From Candidatus Methylomirabilia bacterium (lineage in GTDB: Bacteria > Methylomirabilota > Methylomirabilia > Rokubacteriales > CSP1-6), in NCBI GenBank assembly GCA_041496385.1, contig JBGQEL010000029.1:1-43303 (forward strand): 43,303 bases of DNA, in the 5' to 3' direction. Below are positions 10,032-18,821 of this stretch, one piece after another. The position numbers and the translations under genes were made by a program. How positions within the stretch are numbered: the first letter of the stretch is position 1; each line of letters begins with the position of its first letter. The notes under the pieces are model-generated. The model was not told the origin of the DNA, did not search any database, and worked only from the letters and a program-made list of their open reading frames with translations.

Positions 10032-11192
10032 TCATTCCAGCACGCACGCCAGGAGCGCCGCGACGTCGCGCTCGCCGAACGGCACGGGATTCAGGTCGAG
10101 GTTCCCCTTCCGCTCCTTCATGGTCAGCTCGGTGAGACGCCCCGCGTCCCGCCGCCCGACCTTCCACCGAGAGAAGGTGCTCGGCGCGCCGATCGTCTGG
10201 CAGAGCTCGAAGAGCCCGTCGCTGAAGCTCTTGGCCCTGGCGTCCGCACGTTCTCCGGCGTCGCCCGGGACGAGTCGGTCCCAGATGGCGGCGTAGCCGG
10301 CCGCGTAACCGGCGGCGACGTTGAACGACACCACGTGTGGAAGCAGGAGCCCACCCGCCATCCCGTGCGGCACCGCGAAGTGGACGCCGAGCGGATACGA
10401 GATCCCGCTCGCCGGCCCCCCGCCCGCGTTCCGCATCGCGAGACCGGCGTAGTGGCTGCCGAGGAGCGTGTCCTCGCGCGCGCCGAGGTCCGCACCGTCC
10501 CGGACCGCGGCGGGCAGCCCCTTGAACATGAGGCGCACGGCCTCGGCGCCGAGCATGACGGAGAGCGGGTGCGCGGCGCGGCACGTCACCGCTTCGATCG
10601 CGTGGACCAGCGCGTCGAGGCCCGCCGACACAGTCGCCGACGGGGGGCAGGTGGCGACGAATGCCGGGTCGAGCACGGCGAAGAGGCAGCCGACGTGGCG
10701 GCCATTGATCCCGAGCTTGACACCGGTCACGGAATCGATGAACGACGCCGTCTCGGTCACTTCCGAACCCGTGCCCGCCGTCGTCGGAATCAGGATCACC
10801 GGCGTGCCGGCGAGGCCGACCTTGTCCAGCCCGCGATAGTCGATCCCCCGCCCCGGGTTCCGGGTCAGGATCGCGACGCCCTTGGCGAGGTCGAGGGCGC
10901 TCCCACCGCCGATCCCGAGAATCGCGTCGGCTTCGTGTGCGCGGAGAGTGCCGGCAGCCTCGTCGAGGTAGTCGTAGGTCGGCTCCCCTCCCGTGAGCGC
11001 CCGATAGACGTAGACGGTCTCGAGTCCGTGCTGGCGGAGGCTGCCGAGGCAGGCCTGGGTCGGCGGCAGGTTGGCGACCGACTCGTCGGCGACGACGCCG
11101 ATCCGCCGGAATCCTCTCTCGGAGAGGGCGCGGGGAAGCGTCGCCATCGAATCGCGGCCGAAGTAGGTGTTGCTGTTGAGGGTGAACCTCAT
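10032..11192 (-). CDS. Iron-containing alcohol dehydrogenase (KdnB-like by context)
   Basis: GGGSALDLAK, IPTTAGTGSE, DALVHAIEA, HG motif; directly upstream of the KdnA-like gene. Confidence 0.88.
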   Translation of the reverse strand: MRFTLNSNTYFGRDSMATLPRALSERGFRRIGVVADESVANLPPTQACLGSLRQHGLETVYVYRALTGGEPTYDYLDEAAGTLRAHEADAILGIGGGSALDLAKGVAILTRNPGRGIDYRGLDKVGLAGTPVILIPTTAGTGSEVTETASFIDSVTGVKLGINGRHVGCLFAVLDPAFVATCPPSATVSAGLDALVHAIEAVTCRAAHPLSVMLGAEAVRLMFKGLPAAVRDGADLGAREDTLLGSHYAGLAMRNAGGGPASGISYPLGVHFAVPHGMAGGLLLPHVVSFNVAAGYAAGYAAIWDRLVPGDAGERADARAKSFSDGLFELCQTIGAPSTFSRWKVGRRDAGRLTELTMKERKGNLDLNPVPFGERDVAALLACVLE

Positions 11193-11331
11193 CGCCAGGT
11201 GTCGCTCCCGAACAGGGCTTCGCCGCTTGACTTACAGGCTCCGCCGCAACGACGCGAATTCGTGGCGGCGGTCAGGATTGTATGTCGAAGTGGACCGGAG
11301 CTCGCAGGAAATTTCGGTAGCGGGCGGGGCT

Positions 11332-11365
11332 GAGGTCCGCCGCCGTGCGCACGGCGGCGGACCTC
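11332..11365. terminator. Perfect 34-bp palindrome/hairpin downstream of the 11385-12431 gene
   Basis: GAGGTCCGCCGCCGTGC|GCACGGCGGCGGACCTC is self-complementary. There is no U-tract, so the terminator role is uncertain. Confidence 0.5.
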
Positions 11366-11384
11366 CCAGGAACAGGCTTCGCGA

Positions 11385-12431
11385 CTACTGGAGAGTGAGG
11401 AGGACCAGGATTTCTCCCTGGCCTTCCTTGAGGGGCTCGAGCGCCTTGCCGACGAGGGTCCCGGGGCGCTGGATCGCGACACCGGCGATCGTCACCGGCT
11501 CGGCGCGCATCGCGTGGCCGGGAGTGGGGCTCGTCGTGAGCAGGTCGCCCACGCCGATTGCGCCGTAGCTCGCGTCGACCTTCACCTTCACGCGACCGCT
11601 GTGGGCCACCTGGACCTTGTCCTCGGAGGCCTCGCCGAGGAGAAGACCCGGACGGGTCGAGACCACCCCGGCGACCCGGGTGTCGTAGGGCTGCGTGGAG
11701 GCCAGGACCTGGTCGTTGGCGCTCGGATCGATGACCACCACGGTCGCCGCCGCGAGCGGGCGGGGCGTCTTGACCCACTCGGCGACGTCCTGGTACTTCG
11801 CCGCGATGTTCCCGCCCACGGTGACGTTGCTCGTCAGGGTTATGTCACCGGTGGCTCGGGAAACCGTCAGGGCGTCGGCGCCGAGGCCGAAGCTGAAGAC
11901 CTTGAAATCCGGACTGCCGCCCCGTGCGCCGAGGAGAAAATCATTCGTGCCGTTCGTCTTCAGCATGATCGTGCCGTTGAACGAACTGGTCGGGCGGTTG
12001 ATCTGGAGGATCACGTCGGAAGTTTGCGTCAGCGAGTCCAGCGAGAGCGCGTTGGCGGGCGAGGTCGTGCCGATCCCGACGTAGCCGGTGCTCTTGTTGA
12101 TCGACATCACGTCGGCGTTGAGCCCGTAGCTGAACACCCTGAAGTCGGTGCTCCCGTTGCGGGTGCCGAAGAGCCAGTCGTTGACATTCCCCGTCACTGT
12201 GCGCATCAGGAACAGCCCGTTGGTGTTCACGTTGTCACGGGCGAATTCCATGATGGCGTCGCCGGCCGCCGGCGCCACGATGCTCAGGTTTCGGTTCGGG
12301 CTCGTTGTCCCAATGCCGACGTTGCCCGAGGCGGGGAACATGTTGGTCTGCGCCCACGCCGTCGTCACTCCCGCCAGCAGCACTAGCCCGCTGGCCACTA
12401 CCCCACCCCACCACTTCATCGCTCGCGTCAT
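11385..12431 (-). CDS. Secreted tail-fibre-like protein with GxVGIGTT repeats and a C-terminal intramolecular-chaperone (Peptidase G2/IMC-like) domain
   Basis: Signal peptide ending AWA-Q; two ~80-aa repeats starting GNVGIGTTSP and GYVGIGTTSP; C-terminal DVAEW...VAGVVS...GRVKVKV...GDLLTTS...GKALE. Confidence 0.7.
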   Translation of the reverse strand: MTRAMKWWGGVVASGLVLLAGVTTAWAQTNMFPASGNVGIGTTSPNRNLSIVAPAAGDAIMEFARDNVNTNGLFLMRTVTGNVNDWLFGTRNGSTDFRVFSYGLNADVMSINKSTGYVGIGTTSPANALSLDSLTQTSDVILQINRPTSSFNGTIMLKTNGTNDFLLGARGGSPDFKVFSFGLGADALTVSRATGDITLTSNVTVGGNIAAKYQDVAEWVKTPRPLAAATVVVIDPSANDQVLASTQPYDTRVAGVVSTRPGLLLGEASEDKVQVAHSGRVKVKVDASYGAIGVGDLLTTSPTPGHAMRAEPVTIAGVAIQRPGTLVGKALEPLKEGQGEILVLLTLQ

Positions 12432-12518
12432 GTCCAGCCTCCTGTTCCTCTAGAGCCCCACGCCAGGAACGGCGTTCAGCGAAATGTCCATCTAGAATAC
12501 TTCAGTTGCCACTCCTAG

Positions 12519-12534
12519 AGCAATGGCTGTGCCA
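12519..12534 (-). promoter_or_regulatory. Sigma-54 (-24/-12) promoter
   Basis: Minus strand reads TGGCAC-AGCCA-TTGCT, an exact match to TGGCAC-N5-TTGCW, intergenic, about 90 bp upstream of the ATG at 12431. Confidence 0.8.
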
Positions 12535-12657
12535 GGGCGTCAACGGCGGGTGTGCACACGCTGATCAGCACTTACGAAGCCCGTACGGCTGTCCAGCGTG
12601 CCATGTTGGCGGCGCTGCGCGCGCCGAAACGTCCGTCGTCGAGACTGCCGCTGCGCG

Positions 12658-13935
12658 TCAGTTGCAGTTCCAGGCGTTGTTCAGGCGCTTGGCGATGGCG
12701 CCGGTGCCGCCGGGCCCACAAGGATTGCCGAGCGTGCAGTCGGCACAGAAGCGGATGGCGCCGTTCGGCGCGGCGCCGAGCCGCGAGAACGTCCACGCCC
12801 CGAGGCGGAGCGTGCCGTCGTAGCTGAGGGTCATCGTCGCCCGGCTGTCCGGGTCGACGGCGCCACCGGCGGACGACTGCACCGCGTAGATCTGTACCCC
12901 GGTCGCGGTCGGCTGCAGCTTGACGATCGTCCCGCCTGGCCCGGCCCCCCCGACGACGTTGGCGACCACGACGTCGTGCACGCCGCCGAGGTCGATGTCG
13001 GTCGACGTGGCGCCCGCCGCCGATTGCGAGAAGTAGAGTCCCGTGAGGAGCACGTTCCGGCTGTCGTAGCCGCCGGCGCCCTGGAAGACCACCTGGCGGT
13101 TCCCGCTCGCCGCGTTGTTCGAGCCGACGAATGCGTCGCGAAGGATGATGCCGTAGGAGCGGCTGGCCGCCATGTTGACGAAGATACCGGCGTCGCCGTT
13201 CGTCTCGATGACGCTCGCTCCGTCGAGCACGATCTGCTGCGGACCGTTCAGGATCACCAAGCCGTACCGCTTGTTCACGCGCACGATGAGCCCGCTCAGA
13301 TGCAGGGTCGTCGACAGATCCGACTCGATCCGCATGCCGTCGTAGTTTCCGTACGCGTAGACATTCCGGAAAGTGTTGGTGACCCCGTTGTCGTGGTAGA
13401 TCCCGACGGCCCCGTTCTTGGTGAAGCCGTGAACGGCCACGCGCTCGATGCGGCAGCGCACGCAGGCCCGACCGGAGCCCGTGCCGGTGAAGCGCAGGCC
13501 GTGATCGAGGTTTGGATTGCCCACGATGTCGAGATCCCGGAGCACGAGGTTGCTGACCTCGCCGCGGCTCCCGATACGGATGCAGGCGCCGGCGGCCGCC
13601 GTGCAGCGGATGCGTGAGGGGCCGACCGCGTTCACGTTGTCGTCGGTCATGCCCGCACCCTCCAGGGTCAGGTAGCTTGCGTCGATCGAGAGCTGGGTGA
13701 TCTGGCAGGGCTGTTTCGACGGCGGAATGGCGACGATGCCGCCGTTGAGCGCGGTAGCCGCCGCGATCGCCGCGGCGAAGGCCGGGGTGTCGTCGGTCGC
13801 GCCATCGCACTTGGCGCCGTAGGTCCGGACGTCGAAGGCCTGCTGGGCCGCGGCGGAGCGATCCAGGAGGCCCTCGAGGCCCGCGAAGAGCCCGAGGACC
13901 AGCGCGCCAAGGCGGGCGGCACGGAGCATGCTCAT
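12658..13935 (-). CDS. Secreted right-handed beta-helix protein (pectate lyase 3 / GH28-related)
   Basis: Signal peptide, then FDVRTYGAKCDGATDDTPAFAAAI; Asn/Gly/Ile-rich beta-helix rungs. Confidence 0.8.
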   Translation of the reverse strand: MSMLRAARLGALVLGLFAGLEGLLDRSAAAQQAFDVRTYGAKCDGATDDTPAFAAAIAAATALNGGIVAIPPSKQPCQITQLSIDASYLTLEGAGMTDDNVNAVGPSRIRCTAAAGACIRIGSRGEVSNLVLRDLDIVGNPNLDHGLRFTGTGSGRACVRCRIERVAVHGFTKNGAVGIYHDNGVTNTFRNVYAYGNYDGMRIESDLSTTLHLSGLIVRVNKRYGLVILNGPQQIVLDGASVIETNGDAGIFVNMAASRSYGIILRDAFVGSNNAASGNRQVVFQGAGGYDSRNVLLTGLYFSQSAAGATSTDIDLGGVHDVVVANVVGGAGPGGTIVKLQPTATGVQIYAVQSSAGGAVDPDSRATMTLSYDGTLRLGAWTFSRLGAAPNGAIRFCADCTLGNPCGPGGTGAIAKRLNNAWNCN

Positions 13936-13997
13936 CGGAATTCGATTCTATAACGCGCCACGCTGTCGTTCCCGCCTGTTACGATTCCTGCGAGGAC

Positions 13998-15188
13998 ATG
14001 AGGACCCTGCTCGCGAAGCTCGGGCGGGAAACATCGGGCGCGGCGGTGATCCGGGAGATCGACGGCCTCCGCTTCTTCGCGATCGGCTCGGTCGTGCTCT
14101 ATCACGTCTACGCCGTGCTCGTCCTGGATCTGTCGCGCCTGCCGGCGCCGTACCGGAACCCACACGCGGCCGCCGCCTTCGGGCCCGCCGCGCTGGAGCA
14201 TCCGCTGCGCGGCGTGCTCGAGCAGGGCTGGCTCGGCGTCCAGCTGTTCTTCGCAATCAGCGGCTTCGTTCTGGGCCTGCCGTTCGCGCGCCAGTATCTC
14301 GGCACCGGCCCACGGGTCTCCCTGCGCCGCTACTTCATGCGGCGGATCTCGCGCCTCGAGCCTCCGTATCTCATCAGCCTGGTCGTCTTCACCCTCGCCT
14401 GGCTGCTGGTCAAGCATCGGCCCGCGGCCGAAGTGCTGCCTCACACGCTGGCGTCGGCGGTCTACGTCCACAATCTCGTCTTCCCCTGGAAGGATCCGCT
14501 CAGCTCGGTGCTCTGGTCGCTCGAGGTGGAGGTGCAGTTCTATGTCCTGGCTCCCCTCCTGACGATGGTGTTTCTCATCCGGCAACGTTCGGCCCGGCGC
14601 GCGGTCCTGGTGGCGGGGATGCTCCTCTTCGGGGCGCTCGAACCCGCGATGTTCGCGCTGTTTCCGTCCACCGGGACCCTTCTGCATCAGCTCGCCTACT
14701 TTCTCGCGGGTTTCCTGCTCGCTGACTTCTATTTGACCGATTGGCGGGAGGCCCCGCCACAGCATGCGGCGTGGGACCTCCTCGTCCTCGGGGCCGTTCC
14801 GGCGATGTTCCTCGTGCTGCTCCGGTTCGGGCCGGTCGCGAACGTCCTCGTACCGTTCCTGATCGTCGCCGCCTACGTCGGGACGTTCCGCGGATGGGTC
14901 TGCCGGGCAGTCGTGCGTCACCCGATGATCTTCACGATCGGCGGGATGTGCTACACGATGTACCTCTACCACGTGACGATGATCACCCTGCTCAAGCCCT
15001 GGACCACGCGCCTGGCGGTCACCGACGGCTTCCTGCTGAACTTCGCACTCCAGGCGGTACTGATGGCGCCGGTGATCGTCGTCCTGACGGCCGTGATCTT
15101 CCTGCTCCTCGAGAAGCCCTTCATGCGACGCGACTGGCCTCAGGCGCTGGTGGCCCGACTCCGGACTCGACCCGCGCCGCCACAGTGA
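13998..15188 (+). CDS. Acyltransferase family 3 (OafA-like) membrane acyltransferase
   Basis: IDGLRFFAI...YH, GVQLFFAISGF, RRISRL, WSLEVEVQFY, YTMYLYH, EKP. Confidence 0.92.
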   Translation: MRTLLAKLGRETSGAAVIREIDGLRFFAIGSVVLYHVYAVLVLDLSRLPAPYRNPHAAAAFGPAALEHPLRGVLEQGWLGVQLFFAISGFVLGLPFARQYLGTGPRVSLRRYFMRRISRLEPPYLISLVVFTLAWLLVKHRPAAEVLPHTLASAVYVHNLVFPWKDPLSSVLWSLEVEVQFYVLAPLLTMVFLIRQRSARRAVLVAGMLLFGALEPAMFALFPSTGTLLHQLAYFLAGFLLADFYLTDWREAPPQHAAWDLLVLGAVPAMFLVLLRFGPVANVLVPFLIVAAYVGTFRGWVCRAVVRHPMIFTIGGMCYTMYLYHVTMITLLKPWTTRLAVTDGFLLNFALQAVLMAPVIVVLTAVIFLLLEKPFMRRDWPQALVARLRTRPAPPQ

Positions 15189-15190
15189 CT

Positions 15191-16144
15191 ATGGGCCGCC
15201 GCCGCGATCGGCCCCGAATCGTCTTTTTCGGTACCGGCTCTCCGGCGGCGTACGCCGCGCTCGACGCGCTGGTGTCGCGATTCGCGGTCGTGGGCGTCGT
15301 CCTCCCGCGCGTGCCGCGGGTCTCGCTGGTCTCGAGATTCCACCTCGTGCGGCTCCGCGACCCGCGCCGGTCGTTCCTCGATCTCGTTCACGTCCGGTCG
15401 GTCCCCGTGCTCCAGTGCCCGCGGCATGCACAGCGTGGGTTCGCGGCGACGCTGCGGGCGCTCGAGCCCGATCTGGTCGTCGTGGCGACGTTCCCATACT
15501 TGCTCGAGCCCTCGGTCCTGGCCGTCCCGCCCTGCGGCGCGATCAACCTCCACCCGTCGCTGCTGCCTCGCCACCGCGGCCCGGACCCGCTCTTCTGGAC
15601 GTACGTCGGCGACGACGCGGAGACCGGCGTCACCGTGCACTGGATGGACCCGGCCGCGGACACCGGTCCGCTCCTGTTCCAGGAGGCGATCGCTCTCGGC
15701 CGGGGCCGTCCGGTCCCGGATCTTTACCGCGATCTGTCTGCGCGCGGGGCGGCGCTCCTGTCCCGGTCCGTGGAGGCCATCGCGGCGGGGACCGCCCCGC
15801 GCGCGGCCCAGGACGAACGACGGGCGACCCACGAACCGCGACCGGATGCCGGTGCGCGCCGGCTCGATTTCTCGACCTGGGGCGCCGAGCGTGCCTGGCA
15901 CGTCCTGGCCGGCCTCGGCAGCGGCTGGGGTCCGCTCCTGCACGACGCGCGCGGCCACGCGCTCTCGCATGGCGCGGCGATCGGCTACACACGCGGAGTC
16001 GCCGGGCGGGTGGCGGGGACGGTCCAGCGCGACGGACGGCTGTGGCGGCTCACCTGCGCCGACGGCGTCGTCGCAGTGGCGCGGCAATCCAGACTGCGCG
16101 CGACGCGCGCCGGTCTGGCCGCCCTGATCCGTCGTGTGTGCTAA
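15191..16144 (+). CDS. Formyltransferase family protein (Fmt-like)
   Basis: ATG at 15191; INLHPSLLPRHRGPDP, ETGVTVHWMD, DTG. Confidence 0.88.
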   Translation: MGRRRDRPRIVFFGTGSPAAYAALDALVSRFAVVGVVLPRVPRVSLVSRFHLVRLRDPRRSFLDLVHVRSVPVLQCPRHAQRGFAATLRALEPDLVVVATFPYLLEPSVLAVPPCGAINLHPSLLPRHRGPDPLFWTYVGDDAETGVTVHWMDPAADTGPLLFQEAIALGRGRPVPDLYRDLSARGAALLSRSVEAIAAGTAPRAAQDERRATHEPRPDAGARRLDFSTWGAERAWHVLAGLGSGWGPLLHDARGHALSHGAAIGYTRGVAGRVAGTVQRDGRLWRLTCADGVVAVARQSRLRATRAGLAALIRRVC

Positions 16145-16145
16145 C

Positions 16146-17207
16146 GTGACGAGCGCCGTGGCGCTCGTTCTTCCTCCATCGCTCTGGCCCGCGCTCCGCG
16201 CGGTGGCGGCCGTGGAGTCCTGGCCTCCGTCGCGCGCCGGCGCGGAGAGGTTCGTCGCCGAGGCCGCGCGTCAGGATCTCCTTCCGCTCCTCTTCGTCCA
16301 GGACGGACTGCCTGATGCGGTGCTCGCGGCCCTGGAAGCGCAGCGCATGTGGTGGCGCCTTCACACCGCGCTGACCGCGGTTCGCATCGAGGCGCAGCGG
16401 AAGCTGTCCACGGCGCTCGCGGACGAGCCGTTCGTCTTCCTCAAAGGAGGCGACTTCATGCACCGGCTCTATCCGCGGCCCGAGCTTCGCCCCATGAACG
16501 ACCTCGACTTGCTGGTGCCCTCCCACCGGATGCGCGCCGTCTGTGAGCGCCTCGAGCGCCAGGGCCTCACGCCGCACTATCCCGGCGCCCCCGCCACGCT
16601 GGTCCGGAGCTATCACGAGCGGGCCTTCATCATGGACGACGTCCTGGTGGAGGTTCACCAGAGCTTCATCCAGCGTCCGCGGCACCGTGTGGACTACGAC
16701 GGCATCTGGCGGCGGCGGGTGCCGCTCGAGACCACCACGATCAAGGCCGCGCGGCTCGACGACGTCGACGCTCTCGCGTACCAGGCGCTCACGATGGCGG
16801 TCGATCAGTTCGTCGTGCCGCTCCTGCGTTGCGTCGATTTCTGGCTTCTCGCGCACGTGGCGCCGGGCGTCGTGGCCGCCGCCGCAGAGCGCGCTTGCGA
16901 GTGGCGCATCGCGCACGCCTTCTACGGCGCGCTCCGTCAGACCGCGCGCGCGCTGCCGGAGTTCCTGACGCCGGAGGTCGAGGCCGCCATGGCGGCCGTG
17001 GTGACGCCGCGCGAGCGCCGGTTCCTCGACCGATGGGTCCTTCCCGCCCGACCGCCCAAGGGCCACGATTCACGACCGGCGCTGCGGCTCTGGCGGAAGT
17101 TCTGGCTCATGGACGCGACGGATCGCCGGCTGGCATTTCTCTGCTACTACGCATGGGCGTCGGCCGCGGGCCGTTTCCCGGGGCGCCGAGGTCGCGTCCT
17201 TTCCTGA
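16146..17207 (+). CDS. Nucleotidyltransferase family protein (NTP_transf_5-like)
   Basis: LKG...LYP.PELRPMNDLDLLV...VEVH; GTG start right after the formyltransferase stop. Confidence 0.85.
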   Translation: MTSAVALVLPPSLWPALRAVAAVESWPPSRAGAERFVAEAARQDLLPLLFVQDGLPDAVLAALEAQRMWWRLHTALTAVRIEAQRKLSTALADEPFVFLKGGDFMHRLYPRPELRPMNDLDLLVPSHRMRAVCERLERQGLTPHYPGAPATLVRSYHERAFIMDDVLVEVHQSFIQRPRHRVDYDGIWRRRVPLETTTIKAARLDDVDALAYQALTMAVDQFVVPLLRCVDFWLLAHVAPGVVAAAAERACEWRIAHAFYGALRQTARALPEFLTPEVEAAMAAVVTPRERRFLDRWVLPARPPKGHDSRPALRLWRKFWLMDATDRRLAFLCYYAWASAAGRFPGRRGRVLS

Positions 17208-17222
17208 CGACGATCGCGCACG

Positions 17223-17251
17223 TTGACACCGCCGAGAGGCGGCGATATGGT
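17223..17251 (+). promoter_or_regulatory. Sigma-70-type promoter (near-leaderless transcript)
   Basis: TTGACA (17223-17228), 17 bp spacer, TATGGT (17246-17251), 8 bp before GTG 17260. Confidence 0.6.
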
Positions 17252-17259
17252 CTGCCGCG

Positions 17260-17895
17260 GTGCTGAATATCGTGAGCGGGCTGTGCTTCGCTGGGTTCGT
17301 CGTCCTGGCGTCCCTCCTCCTCGCGCTCGAACGGAAGTCGTCGGGCTGGCCCTCCCGCCGGGTTCTCGTCAACGCGTTCCTCGTCTACGCGGTGAGCGTC
17401 AGCAGCGCGGCGGGGCTGGGACAGCGGGATGCGTGGCCATTCTCGAGCTGGCCGTTTGCCGCCGCAATCGCGAAGGACACCACTGCCAAGCTGCGGATCA
17501 TCGCCGTTGACGCGCAGCAGCGGGAGCACGACGTCGACTATCGCGCCTGGCAGCCGCTCGAGTACGACGAGCTGTCACCGTGGCTCCAGTTGGTCTTCCC
17601 GCGACTCGAGGAAGACGCGAAGGCGCGCGTCGCGCAATACTTGCTGGATCTCGCCGAGCGCTCGCGCCTCCAGGCCCGGCTCGGGCAAGGTGTGGGCTAC
17701 TTCGACCGCTTCCTCGGCCCCCTTACAGCCCCGTACTTCCTCCTGCACCCCAAGCTCTGGTCCGGCGGCGCCGGCGCCCCCGCAGTCCGGTTCGTGGGGC
17801 TCCGCTTCTACATGGAGGCCTGGCCCCTCGAGGTGTCCGGGCGGGACGAACGGAAGGTGACGCGTACGCTCGTGTACGCGTATCCGACGCCGTGA
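17260..17895 (+). CDS. HTTM-partner membrane protein, copy 1
   Basis: Two N-terminal TM helices, DAWPFSSW, WQPLEYDEL, RFLGPLTAPY; paralogous to 31404-32021 and 34832-35527. Confidence 0.7.
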   Translation: MLNIVSGLCFAGFVVLASLLLALERKSSGWPSRRVLVNAFLVYAVSVSSAAGLGQRDAWPFSSWPFAAAIAKDTTAKLRIIAVDAQQREHDVDYRAWQPLEYDELSPWLQLVFPRLEEDAKARVAQYLLDLAERSRLQARLGQGVGYFDRFLGPLTAPYFLLHPKLWSGGAGAPAVRFVGLRFYMEAWPLEVSGRDERKVTRTLVYAYPTP

Positions 17896-18821
17896 GAGGC
17901 GACGTCCTCACCGCCCTTTGGGATCGATTCTGGTTCTCCGCGGAGTCTCCTCAGAACTTGGCGGCCGCCCGGATCATCTTGGCGACCCACGCACTCTGGC
18001 TGCTTCTCTCGCGAGACCTGCCGGCTCTCTCGGGACTCCCGCCCGACTTCTGGAGCACCGTGCCCGCGAGCGCCCACTGGCGCTACCTCATCTGGGAAGG
18101 CCACCCGGATCTGGAGCGGACACTCGAGCACGTTGCCATCGCCGCCCTCGTGGCGGCAATCGTCGGCCTCCGGCCGCGCACGAGCTGTTTCGTCGCCGCG
18201 TTGCTCCTCTACCGGCTCGGGCCGCTCGAGACACTCTTCTATTTCCCCGCGCCGTGGATCAAGGGGCTCACGCTCTCGGTGACGGGGTTGCTCGTGCTCG
18301 CGCTGGGGAGGTCCGGCGACGCCTTCTGCCTCGTTCCGTCACGACGGGCGAGCCGCAAGGACGTGCCCCCATGGGAGTACGGCTGGCCGCTGCGGTTGGT
18401 GCAGCTCTTCCTGTGTCAGGCGTACTTATTCAGCGGCTATGCCAAGCTCGTGCGTGCGGGCTTCGCGTGGGCCTCGGCCGACAGCATGCGGAACTGGCTG
18501 CTCCACGGCGCTCAGGACGTCCAACCCGTGGTCTTCGGCGCGCTCGGCCACTGGGTGGCTGCGAGCCCCACGCTCTGCCTTCTCGCCGGCGTCGGCGCGC
18601 TCGCAATCGACCTCGGATTCATCGCGGCGCTCTTCTCGAGACGAGCTCGACTCTGGCTGGTTCCGGCGGCGGTCGTGTTTCACGCCGGAATCTTCTTCAC
18701 GATGAACTACGCGTTCCTGAATACGCCGCAGCTGCTCATCTTCGTCGACTGGGACGCCGTCAGGGCGCGGATCGCGCGCAGCGGAACCCGGTGTTCGTAT
18801 TCCGGGTCTCCGGTGGCTTGA
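17892..18821 (+). CDS. HTTM-domain (vitamin K-dependent carboxylase-like) membrane protein, copy 1
   Basis: GTGA overlap with the partner gene; FWF...LAAARI, WP..L.Q, YLFSGYAKL...W, FH, FVDW. Confidence 0.75.
   Translation: MRGDVLTALWDRFWFSAESPQNLAAARIILATHALWLLLSRDLPALSGLPPDFWSTVPASAHWRYLIWEGHPDLERTLEHVAIAALVAAIVGLRPRTSCFVAALLLYRLGPLETLFYFPAPWIKGLTLSVTGLLVLALGRSGDAFCLVPSRRASRKDVPPWEYGWPLRLVQLFLCQAYLFSGYAKLVRAGFAWASADSMRNWLLHGAQDVQPVVFGALGHWVAASPTLCLLAGVGALAIDLGFIAALFSRRARLWLVPAAVVFHAGIFFTMNYAFLNTPQLLIFVDWDAVRARIARSGTRCSYSGSPVA

Noticed and set aside
8481..11333. 950-aa plus-strand ORF (also 3112-5664, 616-2493, 32301-33947 and similar)
   Set aside because: Antisense shadows of well-supported genes on the opposite strand, expected in high-GC DNA with few stop codons.
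11385..13935. Prophage remnant
   Set aside because: The tail-fibre/tailspike-like proteins have Sec signal peptides, and no integrase, capsid, terminase or att sites were seen.
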